DNA of 64,000 nt, taken from assembly GCF_006345805.1 (NCBI RefSeq), contig NC_042999.1, positions 24,800,001-24,864,000 on the forward strand. Reading direction: 5' to 3'. Below the pieces are notes generated by a model. It ran no database searches and had not been told where the DNA came from. It saw only the letters and a list, made by a program, of their open reading frames with translations. This document shows positions 12,836-24,459 of the stretch, in pieces (the first letter of the stretch is position 1; each line of letters opens with the position of its first letter). The translations under genes were made by a program, and so were the position numbers. The DNA comes from Octopus sinensis. Lineage: Eukaryota.

Positions 12836-13029
12836 ACCTCATGTGTACCGTTGGCGATTTTTTTTCTCTGTCTTCCCTTCTCTGGATCTTTCCTTCTCCT
12901 ATGACAAAGAGCTCCGCTCGAAACGTTAAACCCTCCTCCTTTCCTTCTTTCCTGAGCGTCCAATAATACTATATTTGTTCCACGTCCTCCCGTTGTTGTG
13001 TTTTTTAGTGCTTTCTTGTTTGGATTAAC

Positions 13030-13030
<1 letters not shown>
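12650..13030 (+). mobile_element. Two tandem hammerhead-motif repeats separated by (TA)n
   Basis: Motif at 12693-12728 and a partly deleted one at ~12900-12933; the second unit is homologous to 58453-58660. Confidence 0.6.
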
Positions 13031-13093
<63 letters not shown>

Positions 13094-13147
13094 GTGTGTA
13101 TATATGTGTGTGTGTGTGTGTATAGATATATAAATTTATATATGTAC

Positions 13148-13192
<45 letters not shown>

Positions 13193-13193
<1 letters not shown>

Positions 13194-13698
13194 TAGCAGT
13201 ATCGCCCGACGTTGCTCGGGTTTGTAAGGGAAATAACTATATAAGCATTTTTAGAGAGTTACTTCCCTTATAGATGCCAATTCGGGCTTTCTTAGCGATT
13301 TCTGTTTTGGTGTCTTCAAGCCATGAAGTCGTTGTTCTAAAAGAACGCTGGTCTCCTTGACAACGCTTTACGACGTTGATTTCCTTACACTCCCTTCCCC
13401 AGAGCTTCACGAGGGAGGGAAGAAGGGGGAGAAGCAAACAGGTGCAGGTGTGACCATGGACGCCAACTCCGCCGCCATCGACACACGAAAAATTATGCAT
13501 TAAAATGGAATAAAAAATGATGTTAAATTATTTTTAAAATCGTAGACTCATCGTAAACGCGCGCTAATACTCAGACGGGCTTGATATGAATCACGACTAT
13601 AAGATACCCGAATTTGGTTAAACTGCACCGCAAAATGTGGGAGTAGTTAGGAATCTAAATCGAAGACACTCACACAACTACAGTTTTATATATATAGA
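13193..13698 (-). mobile_element. Non-autonomous Helitron (family A, long form)
   Basis: On the - strand: TCTATATATATAAAA start, hairpin CCCGAGCAACGTCGGG, CTAG|T end; ~230 bp longer internally than 4712-5002. Confidence 0.8.
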
Positions 13699-13731
13699 TA
13701 TATATGTATGTATGTATGTATGTATATTTAT

Positions 13732-13945
13732 AACGGGAAGCTTTATGAAAATAGACAAAAGACGAAGGCAGGTGGAAAACAAACAAACAATTGTATTAGT
13801 ATGGCGCTCAGGAAATATAAATAAAACAAGTCTTTAACGTTTCGAGCCTACGCTCTTCAACAGAAAGATACACACAGAGAAAAAAAACACAGAAAGAATG
13901 AGAGAAAAAAATGCGTGCAGTAACTAACGAATCAACATGGCGATC
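13732..13945 (-). mobile_element. Hammerhead-motif repeat (motif 13831-13868)
   Basis: On the - strand: TCTTT-CTGTTGA-A-GAGC GTAG GCTC-GAAA-CG-TT-AAAGA. Confidence 0.65.
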
Positions 13946-14245
13946 TGATTTTGGCCAGAGGTCAAAGATCAAACATGAGACGCGAGAGCGAAATGTATAT
14001 TTATATATAAATATATATATATATACCAAGGTTATGAGAGGTATTGGTGTCTAGAGGACCCAAAGAGTGTCAGGTAACACTAAGTAAATGCTAGGGATAG
14101 ACCGTGGTTAAACTCTTGGTTCGTTAGTGATATGAGTGAGAAGTTTAGCATGGGTCTTGTATTACCACGCATATATATATATTAGAAAGAATGAGATAAC
14201 AAATCCAAGGCTGTGAGGAACTTTCAGGACATTTATAATGAAATA

Positions 14246-14293
14246 GCTTTACAGCTGTTTCTGGGATATTATGGATATCTGTTCATCAGAGAA
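14246..14293 (-). ncRNA. Minimal type-I hammerhead ribozyme-like motif (canonical core)
   Basis: On the - strand: CTGATGA, stem II GATAT/ATATC, GAAA, palindromic CAGCTG, TA; stem I degenerate. Confidence 0.6.
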
Positions 14294-14993
14294 GGTGTGA
14301 GAAAATATTTGAGTTCGAGTTATTGTGGAGAAGATAGGGAATATTGAGGGAAATAAGTGAATGAAAGATATATAAAGATATTGTAGTTGTAGTTCCATTA
14401 TTTGAGGAAAATGGTGTATAGAAGTGGTAAAAAAGTTTCATGTACGTGGTGTGTAAGTTCCAATAGTAGTTCATATTTAGTCATTTTAAAGTATTGAGCC
14501 GTGAATGAAAATTTGAGAATGTATTGGTAGTATTTATGGATAGATGGAGGGAAGAGAGATATGTGAGATTAGAAAGAGGTGGGGGTGAATACCAAGATCA
14601 CACTCAAGGGCCACATATTTAAATTTAATAACAAGAGGAAGGTGATGTGGATAACCTATTTATGGTATGGTGGGATAGGAGACTCAAAGTGAAATTAGCA
14701 TAGAATTCCATAACCCTAACCATGTGCTCCTGTTATGTAGATGATATCGACATAGTAGCCAAAACAAAAAAGATGTACCTTTGGATGTTATATATGGGCT
14801 TATCAATTCATTTTAGCAGAGTCAAACTCACTATCTCATGATTATGAGCCCAACATTCTAAACACTGATGCATGCACCTTCACATGTATATGTATATGTG
14901 TACATGCATGTGTGTGTGTAATGTTTTTATATGAAGCTTAATATCATTACACAATGCTTAACATTGTACTGACTGCTATATTGACTGGTTAAA

Positions 14994-15224
14994 GGGCGGC
15001 GAGCTGGCAGAATCGTTAGGACGCCAGGCGAAATGTAAAGCGATATTTCGTCTGCTGCTACGTTCTGAGTTCAAATTCCGCCGAGGTCGACTTTGCCTTT
15101 CATCCTTTCAGGGTCAATAAATTAAGTACCAGTTACGCACTGGGGTCAATGTAATCGACTTAATCCGTTTTTCTGTTCTTGTTTGTCCCTTCTGTGTTTA
15201 GCCCCTTGTGGGTAGTAAAGAAAT
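14994..15224 (+). mobile_element. tRNA-derived SINE family S2
   Basis: GGCGGCGAGCTGGCAG head, B box GAGTTCAAATTCC, central GACTTTGCCTTTCATCCTTTC...AAGTACCAG domain (resembles the Meta-SINE domain, from recall). Confidence 0.85.
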
Positions 15225-15696
15225 ATATATTGACTGGTTGATTGATTGGGAGATTTACATATTCTTTCTTAGTATACTGGTGAGCTTCCAGGTTAACTGT
15301 CAGGATCATTTAGGTCCCCCACCACTATATTTCTGCAAAATAGGGGTAGTTTATCCTGCTCATGCTATATTATTAGCATTATCCTGTGTTTGAGAATAAA
15401 ATTATTTCTTTGTCTGTTCTATAGAGATGAAGGTCAAAGTTGACATAAAGTCAAATGATAAAAATTGATAATGTGATATTAAAAAATCTACAAGGAAGTA
15501 TTGCTGCTATGCTGCTATTTCCAAAGATATTACATGATGACATGAGTCAATGAAGGAATCTCTACATGGTTTGTGTCCAAGAAGCATAAGCTTCCTGGTC
15601 ACAAACATAAATGTATATTTTGCTGAAAAGGGATCCAGGAAAGGGTTAATGCTCAGCTCAACTTATGGCTTACCTTTCACATCATTTATGTTTTAA

Positions 15697-15917
15697 CCCT
15701 TTCGTTACCAACCCAGCTGAAACCGGCTCTGGCTCTGTAGTACAAACGTCTTATTTTCATAAGTTTTAAATTAAAACCTTCCACCAAACCTTAGTCACAA
15801 TTTATGGTCCTAACACTAGCTGAATGATAACTAAGTTAGTTTACTAAATTCTTTCTTATATTTAAAGTAATTGAAAGAAACACAGAGCATATCAAAATAA
15901 ATACAGTAAGGAAAGGG
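15697..15917. mobile_element. piggyBac-type MITE
   Basis: TTAA|CCCTTTCGTTAC...GTAAGGAAAGGG|TTAA; inverted homologue at 51815-52000. Confidence 0.8.
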
Positions 15918-16137
15918 TTAATGTTCATTTAATGCTAAACTTCTACAGTGTCAGCAAGTTTATAAGGTTCTATAAACTCTACCCCACTTTTTCAAACAAT
16001 GACTTCCAATGTAAGTCGAATGCTAGCAATGTTTAGGAAGTGGTATAGTTGACTAAATTAACCTCCATACATGACTGGTACTTGATTTTATCCACCCCAT
16101 AAGGATGGAAAGCAAAGTCAACTTCATTAGAGCTTGA

Positions 16138-16538
16138 GGATCTTTTCGGTTTAAACGGCAGTTCTTTCTAGCGGTGTCATATGAAATTGTCACCAATAAT
16201 TTTGACCCTAGAATCGATCTATTGCATTTCAATCTGTTTTAGGGTTAGGGTTAGGGTCAGAGTTGGTGTAAGGGTATCTTTTTTTCTTCACAAATGTAAA
16301 TAAACCCAATCTGTTTCTTAAACGAGGGACATATTCATACGGCACAGGATGCTTTTTAACTCAATAGACGTCACTGATTGGTTGAAATTGCAGAAATTGA
16401 AGAAAAAAAAACAACAAATACCTTACAAACTATAGAATTTTCTCAATAAAGCCAAGAGAAAAAGATGTTTTATAAACACATTCTACCAGTATACGAAGTT
16501 TAAAATTTTTTAGTTACCTTTTCAAACCGAAAAGATCC
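16138..16538. mobile_element. GGATC-TIR MITE inserted in a decayed S2-type SINE
   Basis: TIRs as at 2945; 8-bp TSD GAGCTTGA; (TTAGGG)3. Confidence 0.85.
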
Positions 16539-16712
16539 GAGCTTGAACTCAGAATGTAAAAGGGTGTAACTAAATACTTCTAATTATTTTGTCTGATTCT
16601 CCACCAATTCTGACAGCCATTGTTAGTTTTTCTAAAATCTAAATAAAAATAATTTCTGATAATGATTATTTACTGTTGTTATCTAATTAATGTTAGTCCT
16701 ATTTTCTTTTAG

Positions 16713-16977
16713 ATTCAGAACACTGTCCTTGTTGACTGGAACAAGCCCATGTTGGAGCAAGTCGATCAGTTGGGTGACAAATATTTTGACTGGGTACACG
16801 AACCAGAGGAACATCATATTAGGCTATTTCACTCAGATTTTTGTGAGTTTTTCTCAATGGCCCCTTGGTGGTTAGTACCTGTCATCTGGATACCGGTTAT
16901 GTGCCTTGGAATGTACCAAGCTTATCAAAATATTAGCGTCCATACAGAGATTTTAGGATTTCCATTTCTACAAGAAG
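16713..16977 (+). CDS. FA2H: Fatty acid 2-hydroxylase, internal coding exon (first found in window)
   Basis: Polypyrimidine+AG at 16711-12, donor GTAAGA at 16978; LVDWNKPMLEQVDQLGDKYFDWVHEP...IRLFHSDFCEFFSMAPWWLVPVIWIP matches the FA2H/Scs7 hydroxylase domain start; ends in phase 1. Confidence 0.92.
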
Positions 16978-17147
16978 GTAAGAATCTGCTTTAGATATAA
17001 CAAAATAGGAAACTAATATATTTTGTTAAGTTTTAGGAACAAATTTTGTGATTATAATTTTTGGTACTATTTACCACATATTTTGAAATGAAAACTATAC
17101 TTTAATATTTGCAAACACATGCCTTTACATTTGATGTTCATATATAT

Positions 17148-17791
17148 CATCATCATCATCATCATCATCGTTTAACGTCCGTTCTCCATGCTAGCATGGG
17201 TTGGACGGTTTGACCGGGGATATGGGAAGCCAGAAGGTTGCATCAGGCTCCAGTCTGATCAAGCAGTGTTTCTACAGCTGGATGCCCTTCCTAATGCCAA
17301 CCACTCCGTGAGTGTAGTGGGTGCTTTTTATGTACCACTGGCACAGGTGCCAGGTGAGGCTGGCAATAGCCACATTCGGATGGTGCCTTTTACGTGCCAC
17401 CGGCATGGAAGCCAGTGAAGGTGGCGCTGGCATTGGCCACGTTTGGATGGTGCTTTTTATGCACGGAAGCCAGTCAAGTCGGCTCTGGCATTGGCCACGT
17501 TCGGATGGTGTTTTTTATGTGCCACCGGCATGGAAGCCGGTCAAGGCGGCGCTGGCATTGGCCACGTTCGGATGGTGTTTTTTATGTGCCACCGGCATGG
17601 AAGCCAGTCAAGGCGGCGCTGGCATTGGCCATGTTCGGATGGTGCCTTTTACGTGCCACCGGCCCAGGGATCACAACTACAGTTTCCATTGATTTTTGAT
17701 GTTGGTGTACATGACTCAATAGATCTCCTCAAGCACAGGGTCGAAACGGTGTTTCTTTACTTGCTACCTGCACAGAAGTCAGTCCAGCGGC
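17148..17791 (-). mobile_element. RTE-LINE 3' UTR fragment with internal ~67-bp minisatellite and (GAT)n tail
   Basis: Same tail as the RT-bearing copies at 39395-40186 and 42110-43330; further copies at 17895-18310, 18464-18742, 30902-31056, 31640-31975, 50762-51111, 52502-52627, 56259-56424. Confidence 0.8.
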
Positions 17792-18929
17792 TACAAAACA
17801 ATATTTACATCTACACTGTTTCAATGAGTTTGATCTCCAATTATGTAGTGTCTTACTCATGGATAAATACATAGTTTCGAACTGGATTCAAACTCATCAT
17901 CATCATCATCACTATCATCATTTAGCATCTATTGTCCATGCTGGCACAGGTAAGACAGTTTGATTGGGGCTGGTAAGCCAGGGAGCTGCACCAGGCTCCA
18001 GTCTGTTTTGGCTTGATTTCTACACCTTGATGCTCTTCCTAACATCAACAACTCCGCAAAGTGTACTAGGTGGGTGCCTTTTACATGTCACTAGCATGGA
18101 TGTGTCATTAGCACAGGTGTCTTTCATGTATCACTGGCACTAGCCATGACTACAATTTCCCTTAGCTTGGCATGTCTTCTCAAACACAGCAAATTGCCAG
18201 GAGTTTCGGTTACATATTATCATCTCTATGAAACTCAACATCCAAAGATCATATTTCACCACCTTGTCCTGTCTTCCTGGATCTACCTCTTTCACAGAAC
18301 TCCACAAAACTCAAAACTTTTATTTTTTAGATGAAGGATAGCAGCATTCTTATCCACAAACACACACATCTGAGATGAAGATGGCAGAAATGTGGTATTG
18401 ATGTAAATATAGTGAGATAAGATGAATGGGAATGAGATGCATATATGGTGAGATGAGGTTAACATCATCATCATCATCATTGTTTAACATCCGTTTTCCG
18501 TGCTAGCATGGCTTGGAAGGTTCAACCGGGGTCTGGGAAGCCAGGAGGCTGCACCAGACTCCAGTCTGATCTGGCAGTATTTCTACAGCTCGATGCCCTT
18601 CCTAACGTCAACCACTCCTTGAGTGTAGTGGGTGCTTTTTATGTGCCACTGGCACAGGTGCCAGGGGAGGCTGGCAGCGGCCACGATCGGTTGGTGCTTT
18701 TTACGTGCCACTGGCACAAGCCAGCCAAGGTGGCACTGGCAGTTGGAAAAATTAAAATTATAGGCAACAATTTATCTCAGATTATTAGATATTTAATTAA
18801 GATAATTATTGTGTTGGGGTGGGATATAGTGGGGTGAGTCAACTACCATGTATTATTAGTATTTATTTACGCAAACAAGAGAACTTCTACTTGCTAAAAA
18901 TAGTCACTAAGTATTTTACAAATTATGTT

Positions 18930-19355
18930 GGATCTTTTCGGTTTGAATGGCAGTTTTTTTCTAGCGGTGTCATATGAAATTGTCACCCATAATTATGACC
19001 CTAGAATCAATCTATTGCATTTCAATCTGTTTTAGGGTTACGGTTAGTTAGGGTTAGGGATGGGGGGGGGGTATCTTTTTTCATCAGAAATGTAAATAAA
19101 CCCAATCTGTTTCTTAAACAAGGGACATATTCATACGGCACAGAATGTTTTTCTTACCTCAATAGATATCCTTGATTGGTTGAAATTGCAGAAATTGAAG
19201 AAAAAAACAACAAATATCTTACAAACTATAGAATTTTCTCAATAAAGGCAAGAGAAAAAGCTGTTTTATAAACACATTCTACCAGTATACGAAGTTTAAA
19301 AGTGTTTAGTTACGTGGAAATTATTTTAAAAAACTGCCGTTCAAGCCGAAGATCC
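18930..19355. mobile_element. GGATC-TIR MITE
   Basis: 8-bp TSD ATTATGTT; same TIRs and body as 2945-3345. Confidence 0.85.
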
Positions 19356-19632
19356 ATTATGTTCTGCTGTCTTAAAATGTTAGAAGTAAACATTAAATTC
19401 TCTAGATCAGTAGTTCTCAATCATTTTTTTTTTATCTATGGCTCCCTTTGATTATTATTTTATTCTGGTGGATCCTCGTAGTTATTTTATGTTTAAAATC
19501 TAGTTTTATAGATACTTCTTTCAAAATTCCCATTTTATTTTTCACACATTAACTTGTGTAGGCTTAACTCTATAAAATGTTTTAAATGTATCCATCTCTT
19601 GTAACAGATACATCTAAATCAAAACTTTAGAT

Positions 19633-20491
<859 letters not shown>

Positions 20492-20873
20492 ATGGACACG
20501 TAAATTACTACTATGGATCCTTGATTCACTATTTTGCTAGCATGGCCCACAAAAGATCTTATACAGACCCCAGATGAGAACCACTGCTCTAGATTGACAT
20601 ATATTAACTCTAAAAGGAAATAAGGCAATAGAGTGGCAGGATGGTTAGAATATCAGACAAAATGTCTGCAGTATTTAGTAACAGCTAGTTAGTTATAGGA
20701 TGTGAGTTCAAATCATACTGAGGTCAACTTTGCTTTCATCCTTTCAGGCTCCATAAAATAGAGAGATGGACCCAACTGTCCATGGGCAAAGCAGCAAAAC
20801 AATAATAATAATAAGTGGTATTTAATTTATCAGCCCTCTGGTAAAGTTTCCTGGAGTAGATTTTGAGTTATGA

Positions 20874-21075
20874 GTTACTCTTTTACTCTTTTACTTGTTT
20901 CAGTCATTTGACTGCGGCCATGCTGGAGCATTGCCTTTAGTCGAGCAAATCGACCCCAGGACTTAGTCTTTGTAAGCCTAGTAAGCCTTATTCTCTTTTG
21001 TCGAACTGCTAAGTTATGGAGACGTCAACACACCATCGGTTGTCAAGTGATGCTGAGGGGACAACCACAGACACC

Positions 21076-21111
<36 letters not shown>

Positions 21112-21285
21112 TATACACACATATATACGATGGGCTTCTTTCATTTTCCGTCTACCAAATCCACTCATAAGGCTTTGGTCAGCCCGAGGCTATAGTAGAA
21201 GACACTTACCCAAGGTGCCATGCAGTGGGACTGAACCCGGGAACATGTGGTTGGTAAGCAAATAATTACCACACAGCCACTCCTG
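20874..21285 (-). mobile_element. SINE S1
   Basis: Reverse complement of the S1 consensus; other - strand copies at 35540-35945 and 49273-49678, diverged + copy at 37925-38325. Confidence 0.85.
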
Positions 21286-22020
21286 TTAGTGGAGTATTTC
21301 ATTTAGAACTCTATTTCCCAATCTCAACCATCTTTTCCACCAACTATTCAGTAACATATTATCTGTTGTGAGCCAAGAAAGGAGACTCTGCATAATCGCT
21401 CAGTCTACAAGAAATAACAACCAAATATCCCTCAAATCACAAACTACTGTTTTAAATGTTGGACACACTGTATAAAGTACACTGTGTCTCAAAACAGGAT
21501 GGTCATGGTTAGAATGCCTTTATTCATGACAAGCTGAATAGCCTATCATTGCTGGGTAATTTTTACAATAGAATGCCATACAAATTTTTGTTTATACTAT
21601 GTCAGACCATGCCTTCCCTGACATATAGGCCTCTTGATCAGGACAGATTTGGGCAATTTTTTGCAAAATTTTTCATTGAGGATTCTTTTCCCTTTTTAAA
21701 TTACTTACATATTTATTTGACCGTTTCACATAACTTTATTAATTGAAACTTATCAAAACTTCAGAAGTTCTTATGACTTTGGTTATTATAATGCTTTCCT
21801 TTCATTTGTTTAATAAAAATTCCTCTCTGTAATTATTTTGTTTTCATTTTGGGATAGACAGCTATCATGTAGAAAATGCCAGCTTCCAAATCCTCTTTTC
21901 AGATTCGGTAAAATTGATTAAACTTTAAACCTCAGTCACATTTCTATATTTAAGAGATGAGGAATTATGTACATTATTTACATTTGACGGATATTTGTCC
22001 TCATCTTGTTTGTTGTTAAC

Positions 22021-22063
22021 CAAACGTTTCAGCTGATATACCCTCCAGTCTTCATCAGGTGTC
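22021..22063 (-). ncRNA. Minimal hammerhead ribozyme-like motif (canonical core)
   Basis: On the - strand: GACAC-CTGATGA-A-GACTGG AGGGTATA TCAGCT-GAAA-CG-TT; stems partly decayed. Confidence 0.55.
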
Positions 22064-22109
22064 TTGGGGAAATTTCGAACCTGGGTTCTCATTCCTAAGG
22101 TATGCCTAT

Positions 22110-22205
22110 GGGCATATGGTGTAGTGGTTTAGAGCACGGACTACTAACCCCAAGATTCCAAGTTCAATTCCAGGCAGTGACCTGAATAATAATAATGATA
22201 ATAAT
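22110..22205 (+). mobile_element. Very short tRNA-derived SINE with (AAT)n tail
   Basis: A-box-like TGGTGTAGTGG, B-box-like GTTCAATTCC, AAT tail; no intact acceptor stem. Confidence 0.6.
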
Positions 22206-23079
22206 TGTTGACATCCTTTTTGTCTCAGGAGACAATGGCGTTATGCATAAAATAATCTAGTCTGGTTTTTACATCAATGTAACTTTCAATCATATGTTTA
22301 GATGTTTTTTTTTTTGTTTTTTTTTACTGTCTCTCTCATTTTCATTTTCTGTTCTATCTTGAAAACATTCTCTTACCTGTTGTAAATATTGTATTCTCTT
22401 CAATTCCTATTTTCCCTTCTACACTGCTGTTCCTGCGCTTGTTCTAATGATCTAACCCTCAGCTTCTCTTAACTTTGTTGCCTATACCATCTCATTCATT
22501 CCCTTGTTAGCTTACATCATCTGCCATCCATATTTTATAAGCAAATATCAATTTTCAAGCAAGCAGATGATAAATAATTGCACTTATACCCATGCATTAA
22601 GTGATAGGCGATATAAATAATTTAGTTCAATAAAAAAAAATACTTTTCACTATCCACTCACAATTGCCACCTTCACCACCATCATCCTCACAGTAGCATA
22701 GCTCAGTCTAAGTTGCTTTGTTTTTGTTCAGTTCAGCTGTTTGTTTATATCTGCTTTGCTTGCTGTCAATGTATCTTTCTGTTCTGAAAATACAAAGCCA
22801 CTGTCTAGAGAGGTGAAGAGTGAGACAAAAAGAGGTAGAGAGAAGTGTTAAAGTTGTTATGTAGGGGGTAGGGAAAGAAACAGTTATTACATGTAAAGGG
22901 ATTAGTGTAAGCGAGAGATATAGAGAAATAATAATACTAACACATCCCAGCAAGAAAACTAAAAAATAACTTTCAAAGACTGGAATATCTACAATTCCCT
23001 GTGGGCATTTTAAATTTCCCTCAAAATAAGTTAAGAAACTTATATATCTATGGTTTTTGAACACACAAACAATCAGCTT

Positions 23080-23450
23080 TAAAAACTTTAATATTTACAA
23101 CCTCTGTGAATACCTATCCTTTCCTTTCTCCCTGAGTATTTGAAAATGTGAATATCCTCTTTATTCAGTTTTCTCTGTTCGGACATACAAAAGATCATCT
23201 TTAGTAAATTTTAAAACTTTAATATCTATAATTTTCTGTAAAAATTTTACCCTCTTTTTCATTCTTTTCCTGAGTATTCAAAAATGTAAATGTCCTTTTT
23301 ATTGCTAAAATACTACAGTCTTCTCTCATCAGACATACAAAGGAACATCTAAAAGAAAATTTAGAAAGTTTAATATCTGCAATTTTGTGTGAAAATTTTA
23401 TCTTGCTTTTTTCCCTGACTATCCGAATATGTAAACATACCTTTTATTGT
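23080..23450. repeat. Diverged tandem repeat, ~2.5-3 units of ~135-150 bp
   Basis: Recurring TTTAATAT(C/T)T, CCTGAGTATT, GACATACAAA blocks. Confidence 0.55.
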
Positions 23451-24187
23451 AACAACACAATTAAATGCATGATAAAAAAACAAAAAATTAAGGAGGTAAG
23501 CACCTGCCAATATATACAAACTGCACAATTACAAAAACTGTAAACCACAGCAAAACTAATAAAAAGAAAAGAAAAATTTCAAAGAAAAAAAGAAGATTCA
23601 GAAATTAAAAAATTCAATGAGGTGAGCATCAGTGTTGTGTTCCCACAAATTTTTCCACCGTCTAGGCTTAAAAAAGCCCTTATTGTTGGTTTCCTTGTCC
23701 TGTTTTTATTCTTTATGTGTACTGTATTTTTATTTAATTGTATTGCTTTTATGTCCTGTTCTTGTCGCTTTTTTTTTTTTTTTACCCCTCTGCAAAAGAA
23801 TTTTATTTAATTCATTTTGCAGGAAAGACTGCTTCGGCCGGATCGTGTTCTGCCCTTACCTTTGAAACACGCATTGAGTCGAACCAGGGGCAGCTGATGA
23901 AGGGGAATATTCCTCGTATTGTTTGTCTTGTACTCTGTTTTTTCGTTGTTAAAAAAAGTTTGTTTCCTTGTTTGTTTTTATGTTTTCATTTCTCCTTGTG
24001 TTCTACATTTATTTGTGGTGTCCTGTACTCATATATATATATATATGCATGTATATATACATATAGATGTAGGTATGTACATATATGTATGTATGCATAT
24101 GTTTTATTTGTTAAATTGTTATTATATATTACGGAGATGTACTCGCATAGCAAGTAATTTGATCTGAGATCGTGTGCTGAAACGAAA

Positions 24188-24446
24188 ACAATTGCAGCGT
24201 GGAAGGTGTTTATAAGCCATTTAAGAAACACACAAAAGCCGTTCAATTCACTTCAACATTTAAGTTTAATTTGTCAAAATATTTTTGTCGCTAAAATCCG
24301 CGACCTGTTCACTGACAAATATCCGTGCTGCATCGGATTTTAGCGACGAAAATATTTTGACAAATTAAACTTAAATGTTGAAGTGAATTGAACGGCTTTT
24401 GTGTGTTTCTTAAATGGCTTATAAACACCTTTCACGCTGCAATTGT
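24188..24446. repeat. Inverted repeat, 113-bp arms, 33-nt spacer, overlapping a G3-C8 hammerhead-like motif
   Basis: 24188-24300 vs 24334-24446, two mismatches. Confidence 0.92.
24269..24320 (-). ncRNA. Type-I hammerhead-like motif with compensatory G3-C8 core
   Basis: ATTTGTCA-GTGAACA-G-GTCGC GGATTTTA GCGAC-(G>A)AAA-ATAT-TT-TGACAAAT; the mirrored arm keeps GAAA (24348-24351). Confidence 0.65.
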
Positions 24447-24459
24447 GTTATTATATATA

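Noticed and set aside
17320-17665. CRISPR-like repeat/spacer appearance
   Set aside because: Eukaryotic context, no cas genes, spacers are related to each other, and the array is part of a LINE 3' UTR.
22110-22185. tRNA gene candidate (also the SINE heads at 32075 and 43850)
   Set aside because: A/B boxes are present but the cloverleaf is incomplete and a simple-repeat tail or SINE body follows.
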